Virus record (IMG/VR): IMGVR_UViG_3300028786_000007
Coordinates: 36,524-100,523 of that record
From: a virus
Direction: 5' to 3' (one strand)
DNA length: 64,000 bases
The notes under the pieces are model-generated. The model was not told the origin of the DNA. It was given only the letters and a program-made list of their open reading frames with translations, and made no database searches. The position numbers were made by a program, and so were the translations under genes. The first letter of the stretch is position 1; the number at the start of each line of letters is the position of its first letter. Of the stretch, positions 48,265-56,965 are shown piece by piece.

Positions 48265-48471
48265 CTACTCCTGAAGACCGTCATCTTCCACAGTCTTAAT
48301 GAACGCCTCAACGCGAATAACAAGACGGTCGTGCTGCTTCCCACCAGCCTCGTCCGTGGAAGGGCAACTGCCCACCATTGCTACGTGAGCGCGCAATTCT
48401 CCCTTGGCGCGTTCCCATTGCTGGGCCTTAAGCACTGCGTAAATGTCCACGTCGTCTCTAGCTCTTGGCAT
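48265..48471 (-). CDS. Hypothetical protein
   Basis: AGGAG RBS; QWERAKGELRA. Confidence 0.55.
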   Translation of the reverse strand: MPRARDDVDIYAVLKAQQWERAKGELRAHVAMVGSCPSTDEAGGKQHDRLVIRVEAFIKTVEDDGLQE

Positions 48472-48709
48472 TAGCCTTCTCCTGTAGAACATAAGCGAGG
48501 GCGAGTTGCCCGGCATGGCGCGCGCAATACGGCTTACCGTCGATGAGGACGGTCGCGCCATGGCGGCAGTGATAGGGGTTGTTGGCCTTACCGTAGCGAT
48601 GAGTGCGCCAGTCCTGTAGCCGCAGGGTGAGCTGGTTATCGCTGACCAGCGAGGAACACTGCGGTAACTTGCCGTGGCGAATAGGTCCGCGGATCAGGCT
48701 GACTTTCAT
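48458..48709 (-). CDS. Small C3H zinc-binding protein
   Basis: PQC...C...YCARHAG; ATGA-coupled; similar to 60866-61090. Confidence 0.55.
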   Translation of the reverse strand: MKVSLIRGPIRHGKLPQCSSLVSDNQLTLRLQDWRTHRYGKANNPYHCRHGATVLIDGKPYCARHAGQLALAYVLQEKANAKS

Positions 48710-48921
48710 AGCAGCCCAGCCCAGAAGGCGAAGCCGTGGATGAGGCCGACGGGCGGCACAATGATGCCGAAGAGCAGCAGCACCCAGGCGCTCGTCTTGA
48801 TGCAAAGCACAACATGCGTGGCCCACAGGGTGGCGGTTGCAAGGGCCAATATGGTGCCAGTTACGACGAGGGTAACTAGAGGCCAACCGGATAAAGTCTG
48901 TTGTCTAGAGCGCACCAGCAT
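48706..48921 (-). CDS. Small two-TM membrane protein
   Basis: Hydrophobic; PVGLIHG. Confidence 0.6.
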   Translation of the reverse strand: MLVRSRQQTLSGWPLVTLVVTGTILALATATLWATHVVLCIKTSAWVLLLFGIIVPPVGLIHGFAFWAGLL

Positions 48922-49155
48922 CAGTCATCTCCTGTATTAAAGCCGCGCCCCTGAGCGGAGCGCTTGCGTCCTTTAACCTCATCATAAATGCGTTGCTTCT
49001 GTTCGGATGTCGCCGAACCAGTACGGTCGCGCCTCTCCGGGCAGTCAGCCAGCGCCAATGTCAGGCCCAGCAGCACGGCCCCGGTCAGTGGGTTGAGGCG
49101 GAGAATGGGTTGCATTTACCAGGGTCCCTTGCAACAAGAAGCAACATAACGGGAA

Positions 49156-49731
49156 CTAGGTTGGCCCGCTTTGGCCGTGTTCGAAGCGTGCTGAGCGCGC
49201 AGCAGCTAACGCTGCTTTAATTTCATTATGGGTGATGATGCTATCCCAATCGTCTTCTTGTATCCAATTGCTCCAGACATGACCCATGCCAAGCTCTCCG
49301 CAAATGTCCCTGCCATAGTCGTAACACCCGTGACAGTATTTGTTGCAACAGTAATAATCCCGAGCTAATTGGACATCTCGGTCAATACCGTGTTCGTGAA
49401 AAGAGGTTATGGTAAAACGCCCTAACTCAGGACTACCCGCAAAAGCGAACACTTCATAGCCCGTGAGCTCTTGCAGAGCCTTGCATTTGCGCTCTTCTTC
49501 GGCAGTCAGAAGAGTGGGTTTGATCTCCAGCCAGATGCCATCTTGGTGCAGGCCAAGCTCCGGGGTCTCCAGCCAAAAGTCTGGAAGATACAAACCAGCA
49601 TCCCCCAAGTCATAACCTTCCTTCTCATACAGCCATGGTACGCCCAAGGCATCGAAGAATACAGCCCACCGCGCCTCCAAGCGTGAGCGGAACATGTAAC
49701 CTTTGTATCGGGTCGGGATGGGAGTGATCAT
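49156..49731 (-). CDS. PD-(D/E)XK-family nuclease-like protein
   Basis: TRYKGYMFRSRLEARWAVFFD..WLYE..YLPDF..WLEIKP. Confidence 0.75.
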   Translation of the reverse strand: MITPIPTRYKGYMFRSRLEARWAVFFDALGVPWLYEKEGYDLGDAGLYLPDFWLETPELGLHQDGIWLEIKPTLLTAEEERKCKALQELTGYEVFAFAGSPELGRFTITSFHEHGIDRDVQLARDYYCCNKYCHGCYDYGRDICGELGMGHVWSNWIQEDDWDSIITHNEIKAALAAARSARFEHGQSGPT

Positions 49732-50047
49732 GATCCAGAGTAATTCGACCCAGAAGGGTGCGCTGTCCCCGTCCTTCGGAACGGTGGTCGCAGAAGCGTT
49801 CCTGATCACCGTTCCGCCCAGAAGGGCCAGGATTCATGGTGCAACCCCTTATCGGAACTCCGGAACTCTCGGAACGGAAGAATAGAAATATAAGAGAAAA
49901 GAGCCCCTAGTGCCTCCTGGGCACCGTAGGATTATGCCCCGTGGAAAAATGCGAATTTATGCGATCCTTCGTTCCGTAGGTGGTGCAACACGTGACGGAG
50001 CCAGTGTTTTTCACGGAACGCACGGTCCCGTTCCGCGCACCCGGAAC
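49688..50047. repeat. Cluster of CGGAAC/GTTCCG hexamers, candidate replication origin
   Basis: About 10 copies in both orientations, directly downstream of the primase-helicase gene. Confidence 0.65.
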
Positions 50048-50058
50048 GCAAAAGCCAT

Positions 50059-50089
50059 AAAAATGCCCCGCGGATGAGGCGGGGCATTT
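50059..50089 (-). terminator. Intrinsic terminator of the primase-helicase gene
   Basis: AAATGCCCCGC/GCGGGGCATTT stem, T-run on the - strand. Confidence 0.8.
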
Positions 50090-50110
50090 GAGCAGTGACC
50101 CCCTTCTGGG

Positions 50111-52813
50111 CTAGAAGGGTATCTCTTCTTCGAAGTGGGCCTGGGTTTCAATGATGTCGTCTGTTTCAGCAACATTTTCGGACATGACGAAGGTACGGTC
50201 ATCCTTCATGCGAACCATTAATTGCACTTCTCTGAATTCAGATGTGCTGCCCCTGACATAGCCACGTGCTTTCTTGTGCACGCCATTCGCCTTGAAACGT
50301 AACGAGGCATTATCGAAGCCGAGTTGCTTCATCACTTGGGAGATGCGTAAAGTGTCGTGGCGGCGGAGTTTGTCAGCTGTGATCCCCACTAACCTCCACA
50401 CGTCTGAATTGAGGATCTTACCTTGCAGAGTACCGAGCAATTCGTCCAGATGCTCAACCCATGGGTCTAGGATCGACCGTTCAGATTGTTCGGCAGCAGC
50501 CTCGGCCCACAGTACCTGATCCATACGGATGCTGTCACCGCGCGCCTCTAGGGTGGCAGCTTCGGCCCAAAGCTGGTCGCGGTCTGCCAATAAGCCCTCA
50601 AGGTCGAAGCGTTGCGTCAGCACAGGCCAGAAACGACGCTCACCGGTAGGGTCTTCCAGATACTTTTTCTCATTGGTGGTGGCGAAGAACACGCATTGAC
50701 GTTTGACGCTGACTGAGAGCTTACCGTAGGAAAGCCGGGCGCGGTCTTCGGTTCGGCTTAATTGAGCCTTGATTTTGTTGACATCAGGCTTGTGCTTCTT
50801 ATGCAGGTCCGCAATCTCAACGATCCACTTTCCTGTCATCTGTTCGATCATTTCTTTCGAACTGGCTCCGAGCGGCAAGTCGTCCAAAAACCATTCCTCC
50901 CGAACAGCTAGTATCTTGAGCGCCGTGGACTTGTTGGTCCCCTGGGCTCCTTCCAATACTGCCATTTCGTCAAATTTTGCACCCGGCCGCCTTAAGCGAC
51001 GCACGGCCGCTACGAGCATGAGCTTACCGACAGCATTGGTGTATGGCGTATCCTTGGCACCACCATACGTGGTCAACCAACCATTAAGCCTTGGTATCCC
51101 ATCCCAAGAGAGGTTGCCCAGGTAATCAAAAACGGGATGAAACGTATTGGCAAGGCAGGCATTGGTGATCACGTCGTAGAAATAATTCTTTGTGGGTCTG
51201 AAACCAAAGATACGATCAATGGTAAGCCATAGCGACGTCACCGCGGCGTCGTTAAGCTCCGGACCGAAACCTTCAAGCCCGTCTATCAGCAATTGGTCAG
51301 CAAAACGGTTATAGCTGAGCCGAACACCGAGCCGGCGCAACGCCACGAGGATATTACGCTCGGTCTTGAGCGGCGGGCCGGGCACCCCATTGGGACCAGC
51401 ACCATGATCAAAGCGCATCTCTCTGGGCAGAGGGCCATCGTCTTGAGGCGGCTCACTGCCCGGCGGAGGTGGGGGCGGCGGCGTAGCACCATTCCCGAAG
51501 CTACTTGTAGCCTCAGGTGGGTGACTTGGAGCTTCCCCACCCTCCGTAGGAGGCGGCGCGGAGGGTACAGTCGCGCCGTCAAGCGCTTCCGCGGCCTTGC
51601 GTGCATCAAATGCTTCTTTTGCTAACTTGGCCGCAGCTTTCTTGACCTGACCTGTCACCCCCCGCATCAGTTCGGCCCCCCGTACTTCGGTGGTGGAGAC
51701 CTTTCCTGCCCTATTCGCCGGGAAGCGCATGTGCTCAGAAACTGCGAAGCGTGGGTCAGACAGAACTGCAACCACACCCGGCAGCGGCACGCCGGCTTGT
51801 TGGAGCGCGCGGTTGACGCGGTGGAACGGAGCATTACGGTCGATGACCATTTGCCCGTCTACAGCCTTTGTGGGTAAGTCTTCTCCCTCCGGATGGAGAT
51901 ACCCACCCAGTAGGATCAGTTCAGTGGTCTTCGGCCGCACTTCTGGGTAGCGTCGCACAAGTTCTTGTACTGCTTCCCAGGCGTCTCCTTGAGGTAAGGG
52001 CGTCCAATTGCCTTCGATCCGGACCGCTTCCACGGCCTCGGCGCACGGGCCGGCGTCGCCGGTGTCTACCCAACCGAACAGGTCGAGGGTGTATTTCCGT
52101 TCCAGGGCGAACTGCAACTCAGGCCATTCGGGTGGCCGCAGCCAGTTAGCGAGTTCGGGCCGACGACCTTTGGCGATCTTTTTGGCGGTGGGGATATTTT
52201 GCGTGCCGGGAAGCCGGGCGATGCGATCGACGTTATGGCAATCATCAGCGACCTTGAGCTCAAGCTCTTTGTTGATGATCTCGGCGAGCCATTTGTTGTG
52301 GCCGCCTGCGCGATGCGCGTTGTCGCGGCAGTCTTGTTGCGTAGCCCCGCGCAATGAATACGGCTCAACTAAGTCCCAGAACGCCCAATATCCGCCGCCA
52401 CTATCCACTATCGAAGTAGGGCCGCCAGGAAGGCCAATTTTCTGGAGGCGCGCTTCGTCTAGTAGCAAAGCGAGAATGGCTCTGCGTTGGTCATCGACAT
52501 GGGTTGGGGAGTTGTAGTCCGGGTCGATGTCAACGTGGAGCCGCTCGAGGTGCGAGACCTGTTCCAGCTTCGACTTCGTGGCATGGCCATAGGTCGGATT
52601 GATGTGGAAATACAGGTTGACGCGGCCTGAGCGTTCCCTGACCCACCGCCCCATCGCAGTTATTGTGCGCGGCCCAAAGGTCTCTGACCGCAGCGTGCCA
52701 TCGTGGATGGACGTAAGCGTCCAAGGCCCGTGGAGCCGAATAGCCTTCAGGAAATCGAAGGCCGTTGAATAATTCCCAGTTTCTGGGCGAGGATCAGTCG
52801 TATCCCCGCTCAT
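50111..52813 (-). CDS. Primase-helicase: N-terminal RepB-type primase plus VapE/VirE P-loop domain
   Basis: HVDID, VDSGGGY, RIARLPGT; FHPV, PGAKFD, LEGAQGTNKST, ATTN, DPTGERRFWP. Confidence 0.85.
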   Translation of the reverse strand: MSGDTTDPRPETGNYSTAFDFLKAIRLHGPWTLTSIHDGTLRSETFGPRTITAMGRWVRERSGRVNLYFHINPTYGHATKSKLEQVSHLERLHVDIDPDYNSPTHVDDQRRAILALLLDEARLQKIGLPGGPTSIVDSGGGYWAFWDLVEPYSLRGATQQDCRDNAHRAGGHNKWLAEIINKELELKVADDCHNVDRIARLPGTQNIPTAKKIAKGRRPELANWLRPPEWPELQFALERKYTLDLFGWVDTGDAGPCAEAVEAVRIEGNWTPLPQGDAWEAVQELVRRYPEVRPKTTELILLGGYLHPEGEDLPTKAVDGQMVIDRNAPFHRVNRALQQAGVPLPGVVAVLSDPRFAVSEHMRFPANRAGKVSTTEVRGAELMRGVTGQVKKAAAKLAKEAFDARKAAEALDGATVPSAPPPTEGGEAPSHPPEATSSFGNGATPPPPPPPGSEPPQDDGPLPREMRFDHGAGPNGVPGPPLKTERNILVALRRLGVRLSYNRFADQLLIDGLEGFGPELNDAAVTSLWLTIDRIFGFRPTKNYFYDVITNACLANTFHPVFDYLGNLSWDGIPRLNGWLTTYGGAKDTPYTNAVGKLMLVAAVRRLRRPGAKFDEMAVLEGAQGTNKSTALKILAVREEWFLDDLPLGASSKEMIEQMTGKWIVEIADLHKKHKPDVNKIKAQLSRTEDRARLSYGKLSVSVKRQCVFFATTNEKKYLEDPTGERRFWPVLTQRFDLEGLLADRDQLWAEAATLEARGDSIRMDQVLWAEAAAEQSERSILDPWVEHLDELLGTLQGKILNSDVWRLVGITADKLRRHDTLRISQVMKQLGFDNASLRFKANGVHKKARGYVRGSTSEFREVQLMVRMKDDRTFVMSENVAETDDIIETQAHFEEEIPF

Positions 52814-53493
52814 GAGCCCTCTCCCGTCATGTTGAGTGCCTTCATCGACGAGCTTAGCTCCGGCGTAATGTGGAAGGTCTGTTGGAGGGCTAATGGTGGC
52901 TGCGGAAGAACAATTCGCGTCACGTAAGTGTGCAGGTCGCCGCCCCCGCTCGGGAAAGGCATACCGTCAACGCGATGGAACATTACGACGGGTTCTTCCC
53001 CAACCCAGAACACCTCCCCGCAAAAGATGTGAAAAGGCTTTAGATCATGGTGCTGGCCGCGGTTGTCGGTAAACATTCCGTTGGTCTGGGCAAGGTGCCA
53101 GAGCCAGAACAACCGCAGTGCTAGGGGTTGGGCCACGCCGACTTGGCCTGGCCCTAGGAACTCTAGACGGCCGGTGGACCGTTGCCGGATGCGGGCATAG
53201 GCTGAGGACTTATCATAGGCCATGTCTTCCGCGGTGACGAAGGCCCCTAAATGACGATCCTTGTCTCGCTGTACCCGATGATCAACGGCTTGGTAGATGT
53301 ACCAGGTGTTTTTGTCCGTGGGATGCCAGATGCGCCCTTGGGCTCGCGCCGGCCGGATAAATGCTGCGGGGACCGTAGGCTCCGGGGTACGCCTACCTTC
53401 CAAAGAATGCGGTGGGGCAACGGACAACGATTCGTTACCCCAAGCCATGCGTGCAGCGCTCATCGCGCGCAAAATGCGTGCCCAATGGTTCAT
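52810..53493 (-). CDS. Hypothetical protein
   Basis: ATGA-coupled to the primase-helicase. Confidence 0.55.
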   Translation of the reverse strand: MNHWARILRAMSAARMAWGNESLSVAPPHSLEGRRTPEPTVPAAFIRPARAQGRIWHPTDKNTWYIYQAVDHRVQRDKDRHLGAFVTAEDMAYDKSSAYARIRQRSTGRLEFLGPGQVGVAQPLALRLFWLWHLAQTNGMFTDNRGQHHDLKPFHIFCGEVFWVGEEPVVMFHRVDGMPFPSGGGDLHTYVTRIVLPQPPLALQQTFHITPELSSSMKALNMTGEGS

Positions 53494-53715
53494 TTAGCTT
53501 GGTAAGCCTTCTTGTTCGGCACATCGTTGCGCCGGAGCATGCGTTAATAATCGCCTTAGCTGCTTGCTTCGTTTGTTCTAGTGGTTGGTCCCCCAAGACC
53601 CTCACTCCCTCAATCCTAGTAAGCAGCAACCCCTCTGAGTTTCGATCCCCATGGAAAATCAGAGAATTCCCTCTCTAGAATGAAACGTGATCCCACCGAT
53701 TGCGTTATGACCCTT

Positions 53716-53748
53716 GAAACCCGTTTGGATCGATCCCAAGCGGGTTTC
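53716..53748. terminator. Hairpin in AT-rich divergent intergenic region
   Basis: GAAACCCGTTTGG/CCAAGCGGGTTTC inverted repeat. Confidence 0.45.
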
Positions 53749-53980
53749 TTGCATTCTTGATGCAAGAATTGATGTTTTGATTGCATGGATTGCACTTCGC
53801 ATAACTTGCGGGACGCAAATCCTAACCGCCTTTTAAGCTATAAAAAAGCTTCTTAAGTGCCCTTCACCACAGGATTTTTGTTGATCTGCGTAACATGCCT
53901 AGAGCATGAATATGAAGATCGTAATAATTCTGCTGTGCAATGACTTGACAATAGCTTCGCAACAGCTAGCGGCACCCTAA

Positions 53981-54736
53981 ATGCTTGAGAACTTCCCTGC
54001 CTGCCTCAAAGAAATTCTTCGTCACGAAGGTGGTTACGTGAACCATAAAGACGATGCAGGGGGCGCGACTAATAAGGGCGTTACTCAGGCGGTCTATGAT
54101 GGATATCGGCGTAGTCGGCGATTACTTCCGCGTTCCGTGGCGATGATTGACAATGCTGAGGTAAAGGACTGTTACAAGACCAATTATTGGGATAAAGTTT
54201 GCGGCGATCAGTTGCCCAAAGGCATCGACCTTCTGGTTTTCGATGCTGCGGTGAATTCCGGGACCGGGCGTGGCGAGAAATGGTTACAGCAGGCCATCAA
54301 TCGGGTAGCTGGCGCGCGGCGGCTGAGGGAAGACGGCGATATTGGCTTCGCCACCCTCGATGCCTCCGACGACTATCCTGCGGACAAGATCATTGATGCC
54401 TACATTGACTTGCGGCTGGGCTTCATGAAGGTGGCGCGCAACACCAACACCGGCAAACTGCTCTGGCCGATCTTCGGTGGCGGCTGGTCGAGCCGGCTGC
54501 TCGGCGATGACCTGGGCCGGGGCAAGCGCGCGGACAACGGCGTGGAGCAGGTTGCCAAGCGCATGGCGGCCGACCCCGCGCGCACTGTGCTCACGACCTC
54601 GGCGGATGGCCTGAGCATGACGGCCACCGTGACGACCTTGCCGCTGCCCGCCAAGACCCCCTTGCCCGCCGCCGCGCTGGTTCGGCCGGCACCCTCCCTC
54701 CTGTCAGGATTGTTCTCATGGTTGCGGGCAGCTTGA
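53981..54736 (+). CDS. Endolysin, glycoside hydrolase family 108
   Basis: HEGGYVNHKDDAGGATNKGVT, FDAAVNSG, FGGGWSSR. Confidence 0.9.
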   Translation: MLENFPACLKEILRHEGGYVNHKDDAGGATNKGVTQAVYDGYRRSRRLLPRSVAMIDNAEVKDCYKTNYWDKVCGDQLPKGIDLLVFDAAVNSGTGRGEKWLQQAINRVAGARRLREDGDIGFATLDASDDYPADKIIDAYIDLRLGFMKVARNTNTGKLLWPIFGGGWSSRLLGDDLGRGKRADNGVEQVAKRMAADPARTVLTTSADGLSMTATVTTLPLPAKTPLPAAALVRPAPSLLSGLFSWLRAA

Positions 54737-54960
54737 GCGTTAAGAGTCCTGTGGTGACTTTCCTGATCTGCGTGGATGAGGAGGGCAACATCCACAATGA
54801 CATTCAGACCCACGGCAATAGCTTCGCTCAGGTTTATCGCGCCTTCCATGCCATTAAGGCGGAAGTAGAGCGGCAGATCAAAGAGCGGCGCAATTGTCCG
54901 TTCAATCCGCTGCATGGCACGGATATTGTGACTTTTGAGGATGAACATGAGTCAGCTTAA
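54733..54960 (+). CDS. Hypothetical protein
   Basis: TTGA overlap with endolysin stop; between endolysin and holin. Confidence 0.45.
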   Translation: MSVKSPVVTFLICVDEEGNIHNDIQTHGNSFAQVYRAFHAIKAEVERQIKERRNCPFNPLHGTDIVTFEDEHESA

Positions 54961-55501
54961 GGACATACTGGCCAAGGCCGCACCGGCCCTCGGAATGGCA
55001 CTCGGCGGCCCGCTTGGCGGAGCCGTCGTTTCTGTATTGGCGGAAGTGTTCAATACGTCACCGACTCAGGAATCGGTGGAGGAAGCCATTAAGTCTTCGG
55101 ACCCGAACGTAATTGCGGCGAACCTCGCTCGCGCTGAGGCGGCTTTTAGGGCGGCGGCCGAAGAGAGCATTACCCAACGGCAGCAGATCACCTCTCATGT
55201 TGAGATGATGCAGCTGGATTATGGGCGCGGCGGCTTCTACTCAATGTGGCGGCCCGCGGCCGGGTGGATTGCTACAATGTATTCAGGAACGACGTGTTTT
55301 CTGGCGCTTTATCTCATCTTGGTGGCGCGGGACTACACATTGCTGAATATGGCACCTCAGGTGTTGATGATGGGCGGGCCAATTATGGCGATCGCCGGCA
55401 TCTATGCATTTGGTAAGTCCCAAGAACGGGCGGCGCTCGCCAGCTCAGCTCCGGGCCTTGGGGATGTTGTGCGCGACATTGTTGCGCGCGTTAGGAAGTA
55501 A
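54947..55501 (+). CDS. Holin (3TM/GTA-holin-like)
   Basis: APALGMALGGPLGG, WRPAAGW, two C-terminal TM helices, FGKSQER. Confidence 0.65.
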   Translation: MSQLKDILAKAAPALGMALGGPLGGAVVSVLAEVFNTSPTQESVEEAIKSSDPNVIAANLARAEAAFRAAAEESITQRQQITSHVEMMQLDYGRGGFYSMWRPAAGWIATMYSGTTCFLALYLILVARDYTLLNMAPQVLMMGGPIMAIAGIYAFGKSQERAALASSAPGLGDVVRDIVARVRK

Positions 55502-55651
55502 AAGGTTCTACCAACTTTCTAAAGTTGAATGGGCGTGGAGGTAAGACATGACCCAAAATATGGCCTACGGGTGTTCCGTAGGCTGTTGTCATGAGATCTG
55601 CGCGTCAGAAAGGCTTGGGATTGTAAACAATGCACGCTCCCGGTACATCTT

Positions 55652-55951
55652 ATGTCAATGGACGCGACCATTCACCTTCATCTAGTCTTGGACAGACTGA
55701 GGGAAGCGCAAATTCTCCATGGGGAGATGCTACGCGAGATCCTAAGACTCCAGAGGCTGACCCTGCGCCCTTCGCGTTCCCCGGAGCCGGCCGCACCTTC
55801 ACTCTCGATGAAGTGGAGCTTCTTCTTAAAGCAAGTCGCGACTTCGGGTGGCCAATGGGCGGGCGGCATCATGGCCATGGCTTACGTGGCGCGGGGCGGC
55901 GACCTGATGACCGGGATCAAGAGTTTAATGGAGCTGCTCAAACTCTTATGA
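55652..55951 (+). CDS. Small membrane-associated protein (lysis region)
   Basis: Coiled N-terminus plus hydrophobic C-terminus. Confidence 0.45.
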   Translation: MSMDATIHLHLVLDRLREAQILHGEMLREILRLQRLTLRPSRSPEPAAPSLSMKWSFFLKQVATSGGQWAGGIMAMAYVARGGDLMTGIKSLMELLKLL

Positions 55952-55965
55952 TGGGTTTCAATTTT

Positions 55966-56293
55966 GGGGGCCGTATCACTCTCGTCGCTGGTCTAGCACT
56001 GTTGCTTATGGCTACGGCGCTTAAGTTGACGACCCCAAGCCTTAAAATGAACCAGCAGACTTCCGTTATCTCGAAAAAGTCTGACCTGCAGCGCTGAACT
56101 TGAACGGCCGAGCCTTACGCGCTTAGCCCGGCCGCCCAGGCTCGGGGCGTAACAGCAGGTAAGGCTGGACGACCCCTCCCCCACGCTACTTTATCTCACG
56201 AACCCAGCCTCCAGCTGGGCAATTTGCGTTGTGCTGTGCTTAAAAATTGACCGCGCGGCGTAGGGCATTGCTGTTGCCCCGTTCAGCTCCCCA
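55966..56293 (+). ncRNA. Structured ncRNA candidate with partial tmRNA-like features
   Basis: 5' GGGGCCG and 3' CAGCTCCCCA ends; stems AGCCTTAC/GTAAGGCT, CAGACTT/AAGTCTG, TGAACGG/CCGTTCA; no T-arm. Confidence 0.35.
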
Positions 56294-56324
56294 TAGTGGA
56301 GGTTTCCCATAAGGAGCATTGGCT

Positions 56325-56450
56325 ATGGTACGCGGTGGCAATATCCGCCCCACAACATCTAAACCGCCTATCAAGGAGAAGCCCGCGGATACGCCGCCCA
56401 AGCCGACGCGGCCGGGCGGGCTGAGCGGAACCAAAGGACCGAAGAAGTGA
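56325..56450 (+). CDS. 41-aa Lys/Pro-rich basic peptide
   Basis: AAGGAG RBS; GTGA-coupled to next ORF. Confidence 0.55.
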   Translation: MVRGGNIRPTTSKPPIKEKPADTPPKPTRPGGLSGTKGPKK

Positions 56451-56662
56451 CGATTGAAACCGTCCGCAGGTGCAGTGAGGGCCGAGCCGACTTTCTCGTA
56501 ACCTGCAATGAGAAGTATTGTGTCAGCTCATTGGATGCGAAAGATCGAACTTTCCAACAGGCTGTTACTTTCTTGCGCGCTAAGGGATGGCGAATTTCCA
56601 AATCGTTTGGAACATGGTTTCACATTTGCCCCAAATGTGGCGAACAGAAGGATTTAACATGA
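56447..56662 (+). CDS. Small zinc-ribbon protein
   Basis: CNEKYC...GWRI..WFHICPKC. Confidence 0.6.
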   Translation: MTIETVRRCSEGRADFLVTCNEKYCVSSLDAKDRTFQQAVTFLRAKGWRISKSFGTWFHICPKCGEQKDLT

Positions 56663-56961
56663 CTAGGATTCTCCCATGTGGCTGCGAACGGCCTTGCAAG
56701 TGCACCAAGGAGGAGCTCTTCGCCAAGGGCGCACCCTATGGGTGGGATTGGGGTGCGCCGGGCGGCAACCCGCTCTCCGCGCCGCCCGAAGATCGGAGGT
56801 CCGGCCCAGAGGACGAGCCGTTCTATATTGCCCAGGAGAAGATTAGTGAGGCCGAACACTCGCTCCTGGACATAACCCTCGCCTTTCTTGCGATATGCGT
56901 GCTGGCTCTCACGGTAGTGTATTCCAGAGCTTTCGCGTATCTCGTCGCGCTGTGGGGTTGA
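56659..56961 (+). CDS. Hypothetical membrane protein
   Basis: ATGA-coupled; C-terminal TM helix. Confidence 0.5.
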   Translation: MTRILPCGCERPCKCTKEELFAKGAPYGWDWGAPGGNPLSAPPEDRRSGPEDEPFYIAQEKISEAEHSLLDITLAFLAICVLALTVVYSRAFAYLVALWG

Positions 56962-56965
56962 GGCA

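Noticed and set aside
49732-49809. Longer start for the PD-(D/E)XK gene
   Set aside because: The extension lies in the hexamer-repeat origin region; the recognisable domain begins at MITPIPTRY (49731)
55966-56293. Canonical functional tmRNA (ssrA)
   Set aside because: Lacks the T-arm and ACCA end; kept only as a low-confidence ncRNA candidate
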